DNA of 64,000 nucleotides, taken from IMG/VR virus record IMGVR_UViG_3300017783_000003, positions 1 through 64,000 of that record; one strand, 5' to 3'. Below are positions 7,406-17,500 of this stretch, piece after piece (position 1 is the stretch's first letter; each line of letters opens with the position of its first letter). The position numbers and the translations under genes were made by a program. The notes beneath the pieces are model-generated. The model saw only the letters and a list, made by a program, of their open reading frames with translations. It was not told the origin of the DNA and did not search any database. Source of the stretch: a virus.

Positions 7406-8094
7406 TGCATATATTTGATCATGTTGGGTTAGAACCCGTTGATATGAATGCTGAAATGATTGATGGGAAAAGATACTATCTCACTCCTAGTGGGAATCAG
7501 TATCCATCTATCACAACAGTGATCGGAAACAATGCTAAGAAGCAAGCAGGTCTTGCCAAGTGGAGGGCTCGTGTTGGACAGAAGGCAGCACAAGCAAAGT
7601 CTAGTCGTGCTTCTGGTAGAGGTACACGCTATCATAAACTGGTAGAAGATTACATCAACAATGAGTTGGACAGAAAAAAATACAAGGACATGCCATTGCC
7701 TTGGATTATGTTCGACTCAAGTGTACCTACTTTAAACAAGATAAATAAAGTATACCTACAAGAAGCGGCTTTATATTCTGATTACTTACAGGTTGCAGGA
7801 CGAGTTGACTGCATCGGAGAGTATGAAGGAGAACTCGCTATCATTGACTTCAAAACGTCTGCTGAAGCAAAGAAAGAAGCGTGGTTGTACGATTACTACG
7901 TGCAAGAGACTGCTTATGCATGTTGTTTGCAAGAATTGTACGGCATCACAGTTAAAAAACTAGTAACAATTGTTGCTTGTGAAAATAGTGATGTTCAAGT
8001 TTCAGTAGTGAATCCTAAGAAAGAATATTTCTTAAGACTTCAAGAGTACATCACCGAATACCAACAAAAGCATGGCAAAAAATCTAGAGGATAA
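7405..8094 (+). CDS. PD-(D/E)xK exonuclease
   Basis: YPSITTV, RGTRYH, AGRVDCI, IIDFKTS, YYVQETAY. Confidence 0.9.
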   Translation: MHIFDHVGLEPVDMNAEMIDGKRYYLTPSGNQYPSITTVIGNNAKKQAGLAKWRARVGQKAAQAKSSRASGRGTRYHKLVEDYINNELDRKKYKDMPLPWIMFDSSVPTLNKINKVYLQEAALYSDYLQVAGRVDCIGEYEGELAIIDFKTSAEAKKEAWLYDYYVQETAYACCLQELYGITVKKLVTIVACENSDVQVSVVNPKKEYFLRLQEYITEYQQKHGKKSRG

Positions 8095-8317
8095 GTTTAT
8101 GACCGCTGCGAAATTTTCGCAGGAAGTTGAACAGATTGCATTTGATAATTCTATGAACTATATTGATGCCATTGTACACTACTGTGAAACAAATGAGATT
8201 GAAATTGAATCAGTACCTAAGTTAATTAGCAAACCACTTAAGGAAAAACTTAAGTATGATGCACAAAAACTTAATTACATTAAAAAAACAACTAGAGCTA
8301 AACTAATGCTAGTATGA
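8072..8317 (+). CDS. gp33: Late promoter transcription coactivator
   Basis: NYIDAIVHYCE.NEIE.ESVPKLISKPLKEKLKYDA. Confidence 0.92.
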   Translation: MAKNLEDKFMTAAKFSQEVEQIAFDNSMNYIDAIVHYCETNEIEIESVPKLISKPLKEKLKYDAQKLNYIKKTTRAKLMLV

Positions 8318-8655
8318 ACGAGTTTTTTAAATCCGAAATGGTTCGTGGTAACATCCAAGAGATGGCTGCCATGCAAGAATTTTGTATGAAATCTATGGTT
8401 GCATTTCCAGTGCTAACACCAGAGAAAAAATTAGATTATTTTAATGTTCTCATGTCTCTCATTGAGAAACAAAAGATTTTTTATGCAAGATTAACACTTA
8501 GTGATGATGAAGAAGCAGTCAGTATGGCAGCTTCTATGAAAGACGCTGCTGTCTTGCTTGGTGCTGAACCAGGCGATGACCTTAACGAAATGTTTGATTC
8601 GTTATTAGTGCGTGTTAAAGCAATGATTGACCAACTAGAAGCAGAAGAGGGTTGA
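8314..8655 (+). CDS. DUF1825-like hypothetical protein
   Basis: FF.SE.VR..I, LIEKQKIFYARLTLSDD.EA motifs; position before gp32. Confidence 0.75.
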   Translation: MNEFFKSEMVRGNIQEMAAMQEFCMKSMVAFPVLTPEKKLDYFNVLMSLIEKQKIFYARLTLSDDEEAVSMAASMKDAAVLLGAEPGDDLNEMFDSLLVRVKAMIDQLEAEEG

Positions 8656-8680
8656 CACTCACCCCACCATCTGCTATAAT
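8652..8680 (+). promoter_or_regulatory. Sigma70-type promoter of gp32
   Basis: TTGACA-17-TATAAT with an extended TG. Confidence 0.85.
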
Positions 8681-8756
8681 AACTTCGTTGGGCTGCACAG
8701 TATTAAGCGTAAGACCCAACACTTAAACAAAATCCAATTAAATCCGAATAAATCCT

Positions 8757-9659
8757 ATGTCTTTTGCAGATCTTAAGCGCAAGTCCCAGAACAACATGGA
8801 GTTCCTTCAAAAGGAACTACAGAAGTCCAGCAACGCAGGTAGCGGTGCCGACGAGAGACTCTGGAAACCCGAACTTGACGCTTCTGGAAATGGATACGCT
8901 GTTATCCGTTTCCTCCCTGCCCCTGAAGGAGAGACACTCCCTTGGGCAAAACTGTACTCCCACGCCTTCCAAGGTCCTGGTGGTTGGTACATTGAGAACT
9001 CTTTGACCACTATCAACGAGAAAGATCCCGTTGGTGAGGTCAACCGTCGTCTATGGAACAGCGGCAGTGATGCAGATAAAGAAACTGCACGTAAGCAGAA
9101 GCGTAAACTCTCTTACTACAGCAACATCTTGGTTGTAAAAGACCCCAAGCATCCCGAGAATGAGGGCAAAGTATTCCTTTACAAGTATGGTAAGAAGATC
9201 CACGACAAAGTACTTGCAGCAATGCAACCTGAGTTTGAAGACGAGACTCCTATCAATGTCTTTGATTTCTGGGAAGGTGCTAACTTCAAGATCAAGATCA
9301 AAACTGTTGGTGGATACTGGAACTATGATTCGTCTGAGTTTTCAGAACCTACTGCTGTCAGTTCTGATGATACTGTCATGGAAGAAACGTGGAAGCAAGA
9401 ATACTCTCTTGCTGCATTCACCAATGCAGACCAATTCAAGTCCTATGCTGACCTGGAAAAGCGTCTGAACATGGTGCTTGGCATCAATCAACGTTCTGCT
9501 GTTCTTACAGTAGACAGCGAAGAGTATGAACCCGCTCCTGTTGCTGCTAGTGGTGGGTTTAACGATCCCGACATCACTACCTTCCGTGAGAAGGTGAGTA
9601 GCAATGCATCGGAAGATGATGATGCTCTGTCCTACTTCGCAAAACTTGCTGAAGAGTGA
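8757..9659 (+). CDS. gp32: Single-stranded DNA-binding protein
   Basis: GNGYAVIRFLP, HAFQGPGGWYIENSLTT, FDFWEGANFK, acidic tail DDDALSYFAKLAEE. Confidence 0.97.
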   Translation: MSFADLKRKSQNNMEFLQKELQKSSNAGSGADERLWKPELDASGNGYAVIRFLPAPEGETLPWAKLYSHAFQGPGGWYIENSLTTINEKDPVGEVNRRLWNSGSDADKETARKQKRKLSYYSNILVVKDPKHPENEGKVFLYKYGKKIHDKVLAAMQPEFEDETPINVFDFWEGANFKIKIKTVGGYWNYDSSEFSEPTAVSSDDTVMEETWKQEYSLAAFTNADQFKSYADLEKRLNMVLGINQRSAVLTVDSEEYEPAPVAASGGFNDPDITTFREKVSSNASEDDDALSYFAKLAEE

Positions 9660-9684
9660 TTTGAAAATCGACTTTTCGATTACG

Positions 9685-9733
9685 TGAATTTGGAAAAAAA
9701 TTCTCTGCTAATTTTTATCTAAAAAAGTTGAGG
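9685..9733. repeat. Dispersed A/T-tract intergenic element, copy 1
   Basis: Aligns with 28201-28249 (TGRATTTGGA...TTCTC...TTTTT..CT.AAAAAAGTYGAGG). Confidence 0.55.
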
Positions 9734-9753
9734 GGGTAAAACCCCTCTTTTTT
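9730..9753. terminator. Terminator between convergent gp32 and gp51
   Basis: GAGGGG-GTAAAA-CCCCTC followed by a T-run; A-run upstream suggests it is bidirectional. Confidence 0.75.
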
Positions 9754-9931
9754 ATTGTCCTGCTGCTTCTGCTTTTTGTTTCTCTTCTTGAATATATTGC
9801 TTAAGAAGAGCAATATAAACTTCACGCTCCCATGGCATCATATTTTCAATCTCAGTGAGAGAATATTTATGATATTGCATTAAAGCGAAGTTTGTTTTAT
9901 AATAGCCCTCCAGACTGTTCTGGAAGACCAT
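9752..9931 (-). CDS. gp51: Baseplate hub assembly catalyst (not in ORF track)
   Basis: MVFQNSLEGYYKTNFALMQYHKYSLTEIENMMPWEREVYIALLKQYIQEE. Confidence 0.92.
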   Translation of the reverse strand: MVFQNSLEGYYKTNFALMQYHKYSLTEIENMMPWEREVYIALLKQYIQEEKQKAEAAGQ

Positions 9932-10644
9932 TATGCGAAAAAATTCTGCATCCCCTCAATAATGTACTCAGATTCAACACCCGTATTAGGATTTTTGACA
10001 GTAAAATTATATTGCAGTTTTGGCATAGTTTCGTAGAACTGTTGAATACTCTCAAATTGCTTTGCAGTGAGATTTTCAATAAATTCTAGTTTTTCTTTCT
10101 TTGAAGTGGTTGAAGAGTCATATACTTCTTCGGCATCAAAAATCTGATCGATGGAGTTGGCAATAAACTCGAAAACATCATCAGTTTTAATAGTTTTGTT
10201 CAAAAACTCATTTTCAACAAATCTTTCCATACTAGGATATTTCATAATCATGCCTGTGGACTCATTTAGCATGATTTTGTTGGAATGACCTTCTGGTTTA
10301 GTTACCTCAAGTTTGTTAATATCGATATTATGCTCAACTTGGGTTTTTCCATCATCTCTGCAGGTAATGGTCATATTCACTACTTCCCCAACTGAAGCAG
10401 CACGAATTTTAAGAAAAATATACTCTAAATCGAATGATGGTAGTTCATCTACCTTAATTCTGCTAAGAACGCAATTTTTAATTAAGTCTTTTACTGCAAT
10501 TTTAACTTCATCTTCATTTTCTCCTTCTAGGGCAAGTAATAAGACTTTTTCTTCTTTTACGACAAAGGGTCTATACTTAATTTTCTTCCCAGTAGAAGGA
10601 AGATCCAACTCATAGGTTGGATATCCAACTTTAGGTAATGCCAT
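9931..10644 (-). CDS. gp26: Baseplate hub subunit
   Basis: MALPK...PTYEL.LPSTG..IKYRPF.VKEEK.LL, FDLEYIFL.IRA.SVGE. Confidence 0.93.
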   Translation of the reverse strand: MALPKVGYPTYELDLPSTGKKIKYRPFVVKEEKVLLLALEGENEDEVKIAVKDLIKNCVLSRIKVDELPSFDLEYIFLKIRAASVGEVVNMTITCRDDGKTQVEHNIDINKLEVTKPEGHSNKIMLNESTGMIMKYPSMERFVENEFLNKTIKTDDVFEFIANSIDQIFDAEEVYDSSTTSKKEKLEFIENLTAKQFESIQQFYETMPKLQYNFTVKNPNTGVESEYIIEGMQNFFA

Positions 10645-10671
10645 TTAATTAAATTCAAATCGTAATTTTAT

Positions 10672-11451
10672 TTATCCCCTTTTCTTACGAATATCTGCAA
10701 AGGAACTTGTTAAGGTGTCGTAGTAGAAGTTAGCGGTGACTCTAGTGATCTGTGAACTGCCATAAGATAGAGGAACTGCATCAATAGAGTAAGGAAATAC
10801 TCCAGTAAATGCCCATACTAGTGGTGCTCTACTGTTAGCAGCATTTGCTCCTCTTTCTGTTTTTGCGATACGCAATTTGCATTGATAATCTCTGGGATAT
10901 GCCATTCTATAGCTTCTATTCGGTGTAGAAAAATTGGCACTATCTTTTAAGTGAAATAATTCATTGATAGTTGGTATCGAATCGTTACTTGTACGTTCTA
11001 TATGAGTGGAATCACCACGAATAAAATTAAACCACGTTGTTAAGAATTTATATGGTGCCATATTAGCATCTAACATCCAACTCAGACTGAAGTCGGTAAT
11101 TAACTTACTGTGTGGATAAAAATTGTTTCCACGTCCTTGGTATCTACCGTTGACGTTACCAGTAGCAAATTGTAAACTTGGTAACTGTGCTTCATCACAA
11201 AATAGATTAATTAATGACCCTGGTTTATTTGCTGTACTATAATCTTTTAGATTAATATCAAATTTACCAAAGGCATTCCTAAGAACAGCGGAAGCATCAT
11301 CAAAATAAAATTGAATATCATATCCATTTGACATGGACATGCCGCCATTGGCACTAACAGATGCTAAAAAGTTTGCAATAGAGTTGGATCTCCCTTTTGG
11401 TAACTCAATATCATCTGGTGTAGTTCCCGCAGGTTCTAATGGGTTAGGCAC
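10672..11451 (-). CDS. Baseplate tail-tube initiator-like (gp54-like) protein
   Basis: LFCDEAQLPS, FPYSIDAVPLSYGSSQITRVTANFYY tube-fold motifs; synteny with gp26. Confidence 0.7.
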   Translation of the reverse strand: MPNPLEPAGTTPDDIELPKGRSNSIANFLASVSANGGMSMSNGYDIQFYFDDASAVLRNAFGKFDINLKDYSTANKPGSLINLFCDEAQLPSLQFATGNVNGRYQGRGNNFYPHSKLITDFSLSWMLDANMAPYKFLTTWFNFIRGDSTHIERTSNDSIPTINELFHLKDSANFSTPNRSYRMAYPRDYQCKLRIAKTERGANAANSRAPLVWAFTGVFPYSIDAVPLSYGSSQITRVTANFYYDTLTSSFADIRKKRG

Positions 11452-11453
11452 TC

Positions 11454-11485
11454 TAAATATTAGTGATGGGTTATACTTTATTTAT
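11454..11485. promoter_or_regulatory. Overlapping divergent late promoters
   Basis: TAAATA on + at 11454-11459 and ATAAATA on - at 11479-11485. Confidence 0.6.
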
Positions 11486-11921
11486 GGCGTACTCTGGAAT
11501 CTACAAACCGAAGCACCCGCAGAAGTATAGAGGGAATCCAACACGCATAATTTTTAGATCATTGTGGGAACGAAAGTTCATGATATTTTGTGACTCTAAT
11601 GAAAGTATTGTTGAGTGGGGTAGTGAGGAAGTCATCGTTCCATACCGATGTCCTACTGATGGTAGGGCACATAGATATTATCCCGATTTTTATATAAAAG
11701 TAAAGAACCGATCTAACTGTATACAAAAATATATTATTGAAATCAAACCTAAAAAGCAGGTGGCGGGACCTAATAAAAAACCAAAGCGAAAAACTGCTGC
11801 ATGGAAAAGAGAAGTCCTGACATTTATGAAGAATATGGCGAAATGGGATGCGGCGAAAGAATATTGTGAAGATAGGCAAATGAAGTTCTTAATTCTCACC
11901 GAAGATCATCTTAAAGTCTAA
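11484..11921 (+). CDS. gp4: Head completion nuclease
   Basis: YSGIYKPKHPQKYRG, RSLWERKFM, WGSEE, HRYYPDF, IEIKP, LTEDHL. Confidence 0.93.
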   Translation: MAYSGIYKPKHPQKYRGNPTRIIFRSLWERKFMIFCDSNESIVEWGSEEVIVPYRCPTDGRAHRYYPDFYIKVKNRSNCIQKYIIEIKPKKQVAGPNKKPKRKTAAWKREVLTFMKNMAKWDAAKEYCEDRQMKFLILTEDHLKV

Positions 11922-12742
11922 TGGCAAAGAAAAATAATTTAAAACCAAAAGCATACGCCAAGAATAATATTGAAAGGTGGAAACATCTGACAGGTTATGA
12001 GCTGGAAGATTTTTCTTCGGAGTATTATACCCGTGATCAAATACGTGCTATTGCTTCTAGATATGGAGTAAAAAATTACTCCAAATATAAGAACATGGAT
12101 GAGCTCATCCAGGTTATAAAGCAAACTCTGGGGTATAGAGAGAAAGGAAAAAAACAGAGAGAAACTATATACGAAAAGATTAGAGATAAAACAGGGGGTG
12201 AATCTAAATCACTGTCTTGGTATATGAGAGAATTGAAGTCGTTAATGGTTGATATTAAAAAAGAACAATATCGCATGACCATTGATCAGAAATTTGATTC
12301 TGTCCAAAACTTAGTGCTTCAAGATCAAAATGAACTTAGAAGACGTGTGTTTCCTGGACACATGTATTTTTATGAATATGAAGCAACAACACCACAACCA
12401 TATTATGATAAGTTTCCTTTAGTATATGTTCTTAGCACTGGTGGAGGATATTTTTACGGCATTAATCTACATTATCTAGGATACAAAGATAGATTAATTG
12501 CTACTAAAAAATTATTTCTAGGTCAAATTGACGTACCCAAGCATATCATACATAAATATCTTAATAGAGGGTGTAAAAGTTCATTTTTAGACCTTGCTAC
12601 ATACGAGTGGGAAACTGCTTCGATGCTGCCAGTGGAAGATTTTGTTTTCCGAGGTAAAGTGAGTTATGACAAAGAACTTGTTTGGGAAGAGACCAAACAG
12701 TATAAAAGCAACAAACTTAAAGGAGCAGTACGTAGAAAATGA
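11921..12742 (+). CDS. gp2: DNA end protector with N-terminal extension
   Basis: PGHMYFYEY, PYYDKFPLV, GINLHYL, HKYL, LPVEDF. Confidence 0.85.
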   Translation: MAKKNNLKPKAYAKNNIERWKHLTGYELEDFSSEYYTRDQIRAIASRYGVKNYSKYKNMDELIQVIKQTLGYREKGKKQRETIYEKIRDKTGGESKSLSWYMRELKSLMVDIKKEQYRMTIDQKFDSVQNLVLQDQNELRRRVFPGHMYFYEYEATTPQPYYDKFPLVYVLSTGGGYFYGINLHYLGYKDRLIATKKLFLGQIDVPKHIIHKYLNRGCKSSFLDLATYEWETASMLPVEDFVFRGKVSYDKELVWEETKQYKSNKLKGAVRRK

Positions 12743-13854
12743 ATTGGTTTAACGAATATATTCTTGGTATTCCGCCAGATAATGCTGAGACTCAAGAAAT
12801 TATCGAGAAGGGTGCTACTTCAAGAAAAGCATATGAGGAAGCTAAGGCAGCTGGAAAGACTGAAGAAGAAGCAAAACAGTCTGCAAAAGATGCTCTAGCA
12901 CAACTTGCTGGGCAAGTAAAAAATAGAGGTCAAATTAAAATATCAGCACCAACTGTTAATTCAAGTTCTACTAGTGGATCACTGCGTTATCCATATGACG
13001 CATCAATTGAGGCAAGTGCTGACTATGTATCCTTTGAGTTCTTTGAGTATAATCCTCCCTTCAGTGGTAGAGGAAAAGATAATGGATCTTCAAGTAGTTT
13101 CGGACCTAATGCATCCTCTTCTTATAGGCAATATAATGCGTCTGCGGTAAGAACTGGTAAAAGCAGATATAAACCTATCATGCTGTACATGCCTGAAGAT
13201 ATTCAAACAATGTACAGTCAGGGATGGGGTGGTGCTAAATTTGGTGCTGCTAGTATCGGATTATCAAAAATTGCGGGAACAGATCTTAGTGCTGTAGATA
13301 GTGCTGTTGAATCTATCCCAGGCGTAGTAAAATCTGGTATATTCAAGGCAATGAATGACTTGAATAATAAGATTACTGGTGCTAACGTCAGTCTAGATCA
13401 GTTTATGGGTGGTATTTCTAAGACTATTACCAACCCAAATACAGAGATGATGTATGAAGGACCAAACCTGAGAACATTTGATCTTAAATTTAAGTTAGTT
13501 GCTTATAGCGAAAAGGAATCAACAGAGATTAGAAAAATTTGTAATACATTCAAGAAAGCTATGCTTCCTACTCATGGTGGAGAAGCAATCTTTACTGCAT
13601 TTAAAGATGCTGGAAACTTACTTACTATTCCTAGTGTAGTTCGTGTAAGATTCATGCATGGAGCTGGATTGCATCCGTTTTTGCCGCAATATAAAACATG
13701 TGCGTTATCTGATGTGGCAATTAACTTCACGCCAGATGGTAGTTTTGCTACATATGATAATGGAGCGCCAGTTGCTACTGAACTTAAATTATCCTTCAAA
13801 GAAATGAAGAATATCTTTGCAGAAGAAATTACCGAAGATGGAGTAAGTTACTAA
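12739..13854 (+). CDS. gp48: Baseplate tail-tube cap
   Basis: LRYP, IMLYMP, NPNTEMMYEGPNLRTF, NFTPDG..ATY..GAP, LSFKE. Confidence 0.88.
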   Translation: MNWFNEYILGIPPDNAETQEIIEKGATSRKAYEEAKAAGKTEEEAKQSAKDALAQLAGQVKNRGQIKISAPTVNSSSTSGSLRYPYDASIEASADYVSFEFFEYNPPFSGRGKDNGSSSSFGPNASSSYRQYNASAVRTGKSRYKPIMLYMPEDIQTMYSQGWGGAKFGAASIGLSKIAGTDLSAVDSAVESIPGVVKSGIFKAMNDLNNKITGANVSLDQFMGGISKTITNPNTEMMYEGPNLRTFDLKFKLVAYSEKESTEIRKICNTFKKAMLPTHGGEAIFTAFKDAGNLLTIPSVVRVRFMHGAGLHPFLPQYKTCALSDVAINFTPDGSFATYDNGAPVATELKLSFKEMKNIFAEEITEDGVSY

Positions 13855-14504
13855 TGTATTTCCGTTCAATACCGAACTTAGAATATGGCACAAAACCTAT
13901 TTCGTATCCATTTTCGGATTCGGATTATGTTGTAGCAAAGAATTTTTTTAGAAGGTATCGTGTCAATGAAGATGCTTTTTCGTATGCAGTATATTTTAAA
14001 AGATACGCTGTATTAGAAGGTGAAAGTATCTATCAAGTAGCAGAAAAAGCATATGAAGATCCCATGTTAGATTGGGTGGTAGTCCTTACCAATGGTATGG
14101 TCAATCCTTTATTTGATTGGCCTATGTCTAGTAGTGAACTCAGGAAGCATTGTGAGGCAAACTACAATAACCCATATGGTGACATTAGTCACTATGAGGT
14201 GGTTGAAGCATATGCAGAGAGTGGAATACCTATCTTACAAGAGGGTTTGAAAGTGGACGAGACGTTCTATAATAGTACGTATAAGTATTGGGATGGTACA
14301 CAGGTAAGATCTATTTTAGGTAGTAGCATTTCTAGACCAGTCACGGTCTATGAAAATGAAGAAACAGAAAATGAAAAGAAAAGAGAGATCTTTATACTCA
14401 AACCTAATTACTTGACTCCATTTCTGGATGACTTTAGGAAAAACAATCTATATCAAAAGTCGAGTGATTTTATTACCACTGGTCTTAAGAGAACTGGTCA
14501 ATGA
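13854..14504 (+). CDS. gp53: Baseplate wedge subunit (LysM-like)
   Basis: YFRSIPN, KNFFRR, A...Y.DP.LDWVVVLTN...PLFDWP, NEKKREI.ILKP.YL. Confidence 0.9.
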   Translation: MYFRSIPNLEYGTKPISYPFSDSDYVVAKNFFRRYRVNEDAFSYAVYFKRYAVLEGESIYQVAEKAYEDPMLDWVVVLTNGMVNPLFDWPMSSSELRKHCEANYNNPYGDISHYEVVEAYAESGIPILQEGLKVDETFYNSTYKYWDGTQVRSILGSSISRPVTVYENEETENEKKREIFILKPNYLTPFLDDFRKNNLYQKSSDFITTGLKRTGQ

Positions 14505-17500
14505 ATTATATCGAACCACCATATGAAGTATTGGACCCCGATCAACCGTGGTATGGGAAAGGTCGTCCTGGTGGTACAGCACATACTAGTAATGTTTGGA
14601 AGGAATTACACTGGAAACTGACAGGAAAGACAAAGCCTGGTGGTGGGAGTTATGTTTCTAAAGTTAAGTTATCTGATGCTGATGCTGATAAAGTAATTGA
14701 AAGTATGAAGCAGGATACTAGAGGGTATCCTCAATTTAATGAGAGTGGGTTAGGGTTTACGGATTATGATGAAGCACTATCTAAGTATCAAAATTGGTTG
14801 GTAGAGCAACATCTTCCAAAAAATACTGCTATTGACACTAGGGGAAACGGTGGAGTATCTATTTACAAACCAGCTGATAAGTTTGTAGATGATAAGAAAG
14901 AATTTTCTGACGATACAATGCGAGCTGCAGAAGACGCATTGGAAGAAACATCAGACCAGATCATGGATTCTGTGGATGCTCTAATCAAAGCAGATAAGGA
15001 TAGGTTTGAGAAATTTAAAGCAGAGGAAGCAGAAAAACTTAAGCAAAGAATCGAACAGATAAACACTCCAAAAGAACCAGAGCAACCAAAAATATTTAAA
15101 GAAGGTAGTTTCGAGTTTAAACTACCACCAGCACATTACATTCAAGGTCAAGCGGGACGTTGGGAAATTGAGTTTGAAAGTGATATTGATCACGCTATCT
15201 ATTTTTGTGGAAAACCTGTAGCTGGTAGTGGTAAAGAAAGGGGTGCCAAACAAAAAGAAGCATTGGCATGGTTGAGAGGTATTGGTATCCCTTATGGGGA
15301 TATTTTAGATCATAGGAAAAAGATTCTAGAAGCAATTAGATATACCATCTCAATTCCTGGAGCAATAGAAGAGTATCCATATCTATTTGTTGACGCAGTA
15401 GAAAAAAGTTTTAATGTAGAAGTTGAGGATGAGGAAGAACCTGAGGGTTTAGATGATCTCCTTAGTATGATTAGTGAGGAAGGTGAAGATCCTGATCAAG
15501 ATGAACAAGAAGTACCTGGAGAACTAGATTCTCTACTAGCAGAAGTCAAGCAAGAAGCAGAAAGAGAACAAGTAAGTGAGGATCAATCTAAAGAGGTTGA
15601 TGATATTCTGTCGGACATGCCGTCTAGTATTCAGGAGGAACTTGCTGACTTACTTAATAAAAAGAAAGAAAAAGAACCTAAGAAAAAAGGATATACAACT
15701 AACACCCAACTGCTGAAAAGTATTACGCAAACATTGGCAGCAGTTAGTGGTCAGTTAGAGCAAGTTAATAAGTCTCTAATAGAGCAAAATGAATTACTTC
15801 AACAAAACATTGATATCAATCTATCATCCTTAGAAGCATTGAGGATGCAGGATGATATTCTCACTGCTAAATTTGATTCTCTTTTGCAAGCATTTAATGC
15901 TCAAAATGATGCACAAGATGAGTCGAGAGAAAAACTTGAGGACATGAAGTCCGAAACTGATTTAGAAAATCAAAGGAAAGCAGCAGGATATGAAACTCCA
16001 GAAGATTTGAGAGGTACTAAAAAGGGTGGCAGAAACTCTCGAATGATTAGATTCTTTAAGAATAAATTATTGAGAAAACTTTATAGGAAAGCACCTAAAG
16101 GTTTGAGAAGAATGCGACAGAGGGCTAGACGTATTCAACGTATACCCAACCGTTTGAAGACTAGAGCATCTAATTCTATTGTACGAAGATTGCCAACGTC
16201 TGCTCAACGTATTGCTTCGGGTGGTGCAGCAAGCAGAGGTTCAATAAGAGGATTGCGTAGTATTAGAGGGACGAGAGTTCCTGGTCTAAATGTCGCTTTA
16301 TCAGCATGGGAGTACAGTGAAAGGAAGAAAGAAGGTCAGACGGAAGAACAGGCACTAATAGGAACTGGTGCTGGAGTCGCTGGGGGCATGGCTGGTGCCG
16401 CTGCAGGCGGTAAAGCTGGTGCTGCCCTTGGTGCTGGTATTGGTGCCTTGTTTGGAGGCGTTGGGGCGATTCCTGGTGCCGCTATCGGTGGTGCTATCGG
16501 TGCTCTTTTAGGTGGATTTGCTGGAGGTAGTCTTGCTTCTGGTGTTGCAGACCAAGCAACTGGTGCTAATAAGTATGAGACTGGTACTAAACCAGGAACT
16601 GCTATGCTTCATGGTACGGAACTGGTAGTAGATAGAGATCAATTAGACAACCCATATCAAAACGCTGCTGCCACCATTTTAGGTGCCACGATGAAATTTG
16701 TTCAGGCGATGGGACCTGCAGGTGCAGACGTTGCTCCACTTATTAACTCGGAGGCAGCACCATTAATCAGGAAATTTGGTATGTCTAACATTCTTACATC
16801 CACTTCTGTTGGTGGAGGTATTCCAACTGTTAGGTTCCCTAATGAGGATGGGAAACCTAGAGGTCCTAGATTTGAAGGTATGTCATCTGATGATATTGAG
16901 GCACAATTAGATCTTCCTTTGGAAAACAATTTTGATAAATTGATGAAAATGTTTGATCCAGACGGCAAGTTCCTTGGTGTACTCAACTCTCTTGGTCGAG
17001 TACTACGTAATCCATTCATGCCTTTAGAGACCTATGATGGCACTGGTGTTTTAGGTGATCTTAAAGGTAAAATTGTTAACCCCATGGAAAGTGGAGAACT
17101 ACAAGATTATCCTGGTGCTAAGTTTGGTGCCCCTAGAGCAGGAGGAAGAATTCATAAGGGAAGGGATATAATTGGACCCCCAGGTATGAAGGTAGTTGCT
17201 TCTATGCCAGGTGAAGTTACTCAAATGTATCCTGTAGGTAAATTAGCTAGTGGTGGTTGGAGTCAGGGCATTGTTGTTAAACATGAAAACAATATGGTTA
17301 CCAAGTATCTACACGTAAATCCAGGTGTTAAGGTAGGTGATAAAGTAAAAGCTGGGCAAAAAATTGGTACTATCACAGATACAGATGACATTAGTAGTGC
17401 CCCACACTTGCATTTTGAACTATTAGTTAATGGTGTACATGTAGACCCAGATAAACCAGGCAATAGTATACTAAAGAATGCTCACACACTAGAAGAGATT

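Noticed and set aside
9892-10089. Short ORFs 9892-10089 (+) and 9897-10079 (-)
   Set aside because: They overlap gp26 and gp51, which explain the region.
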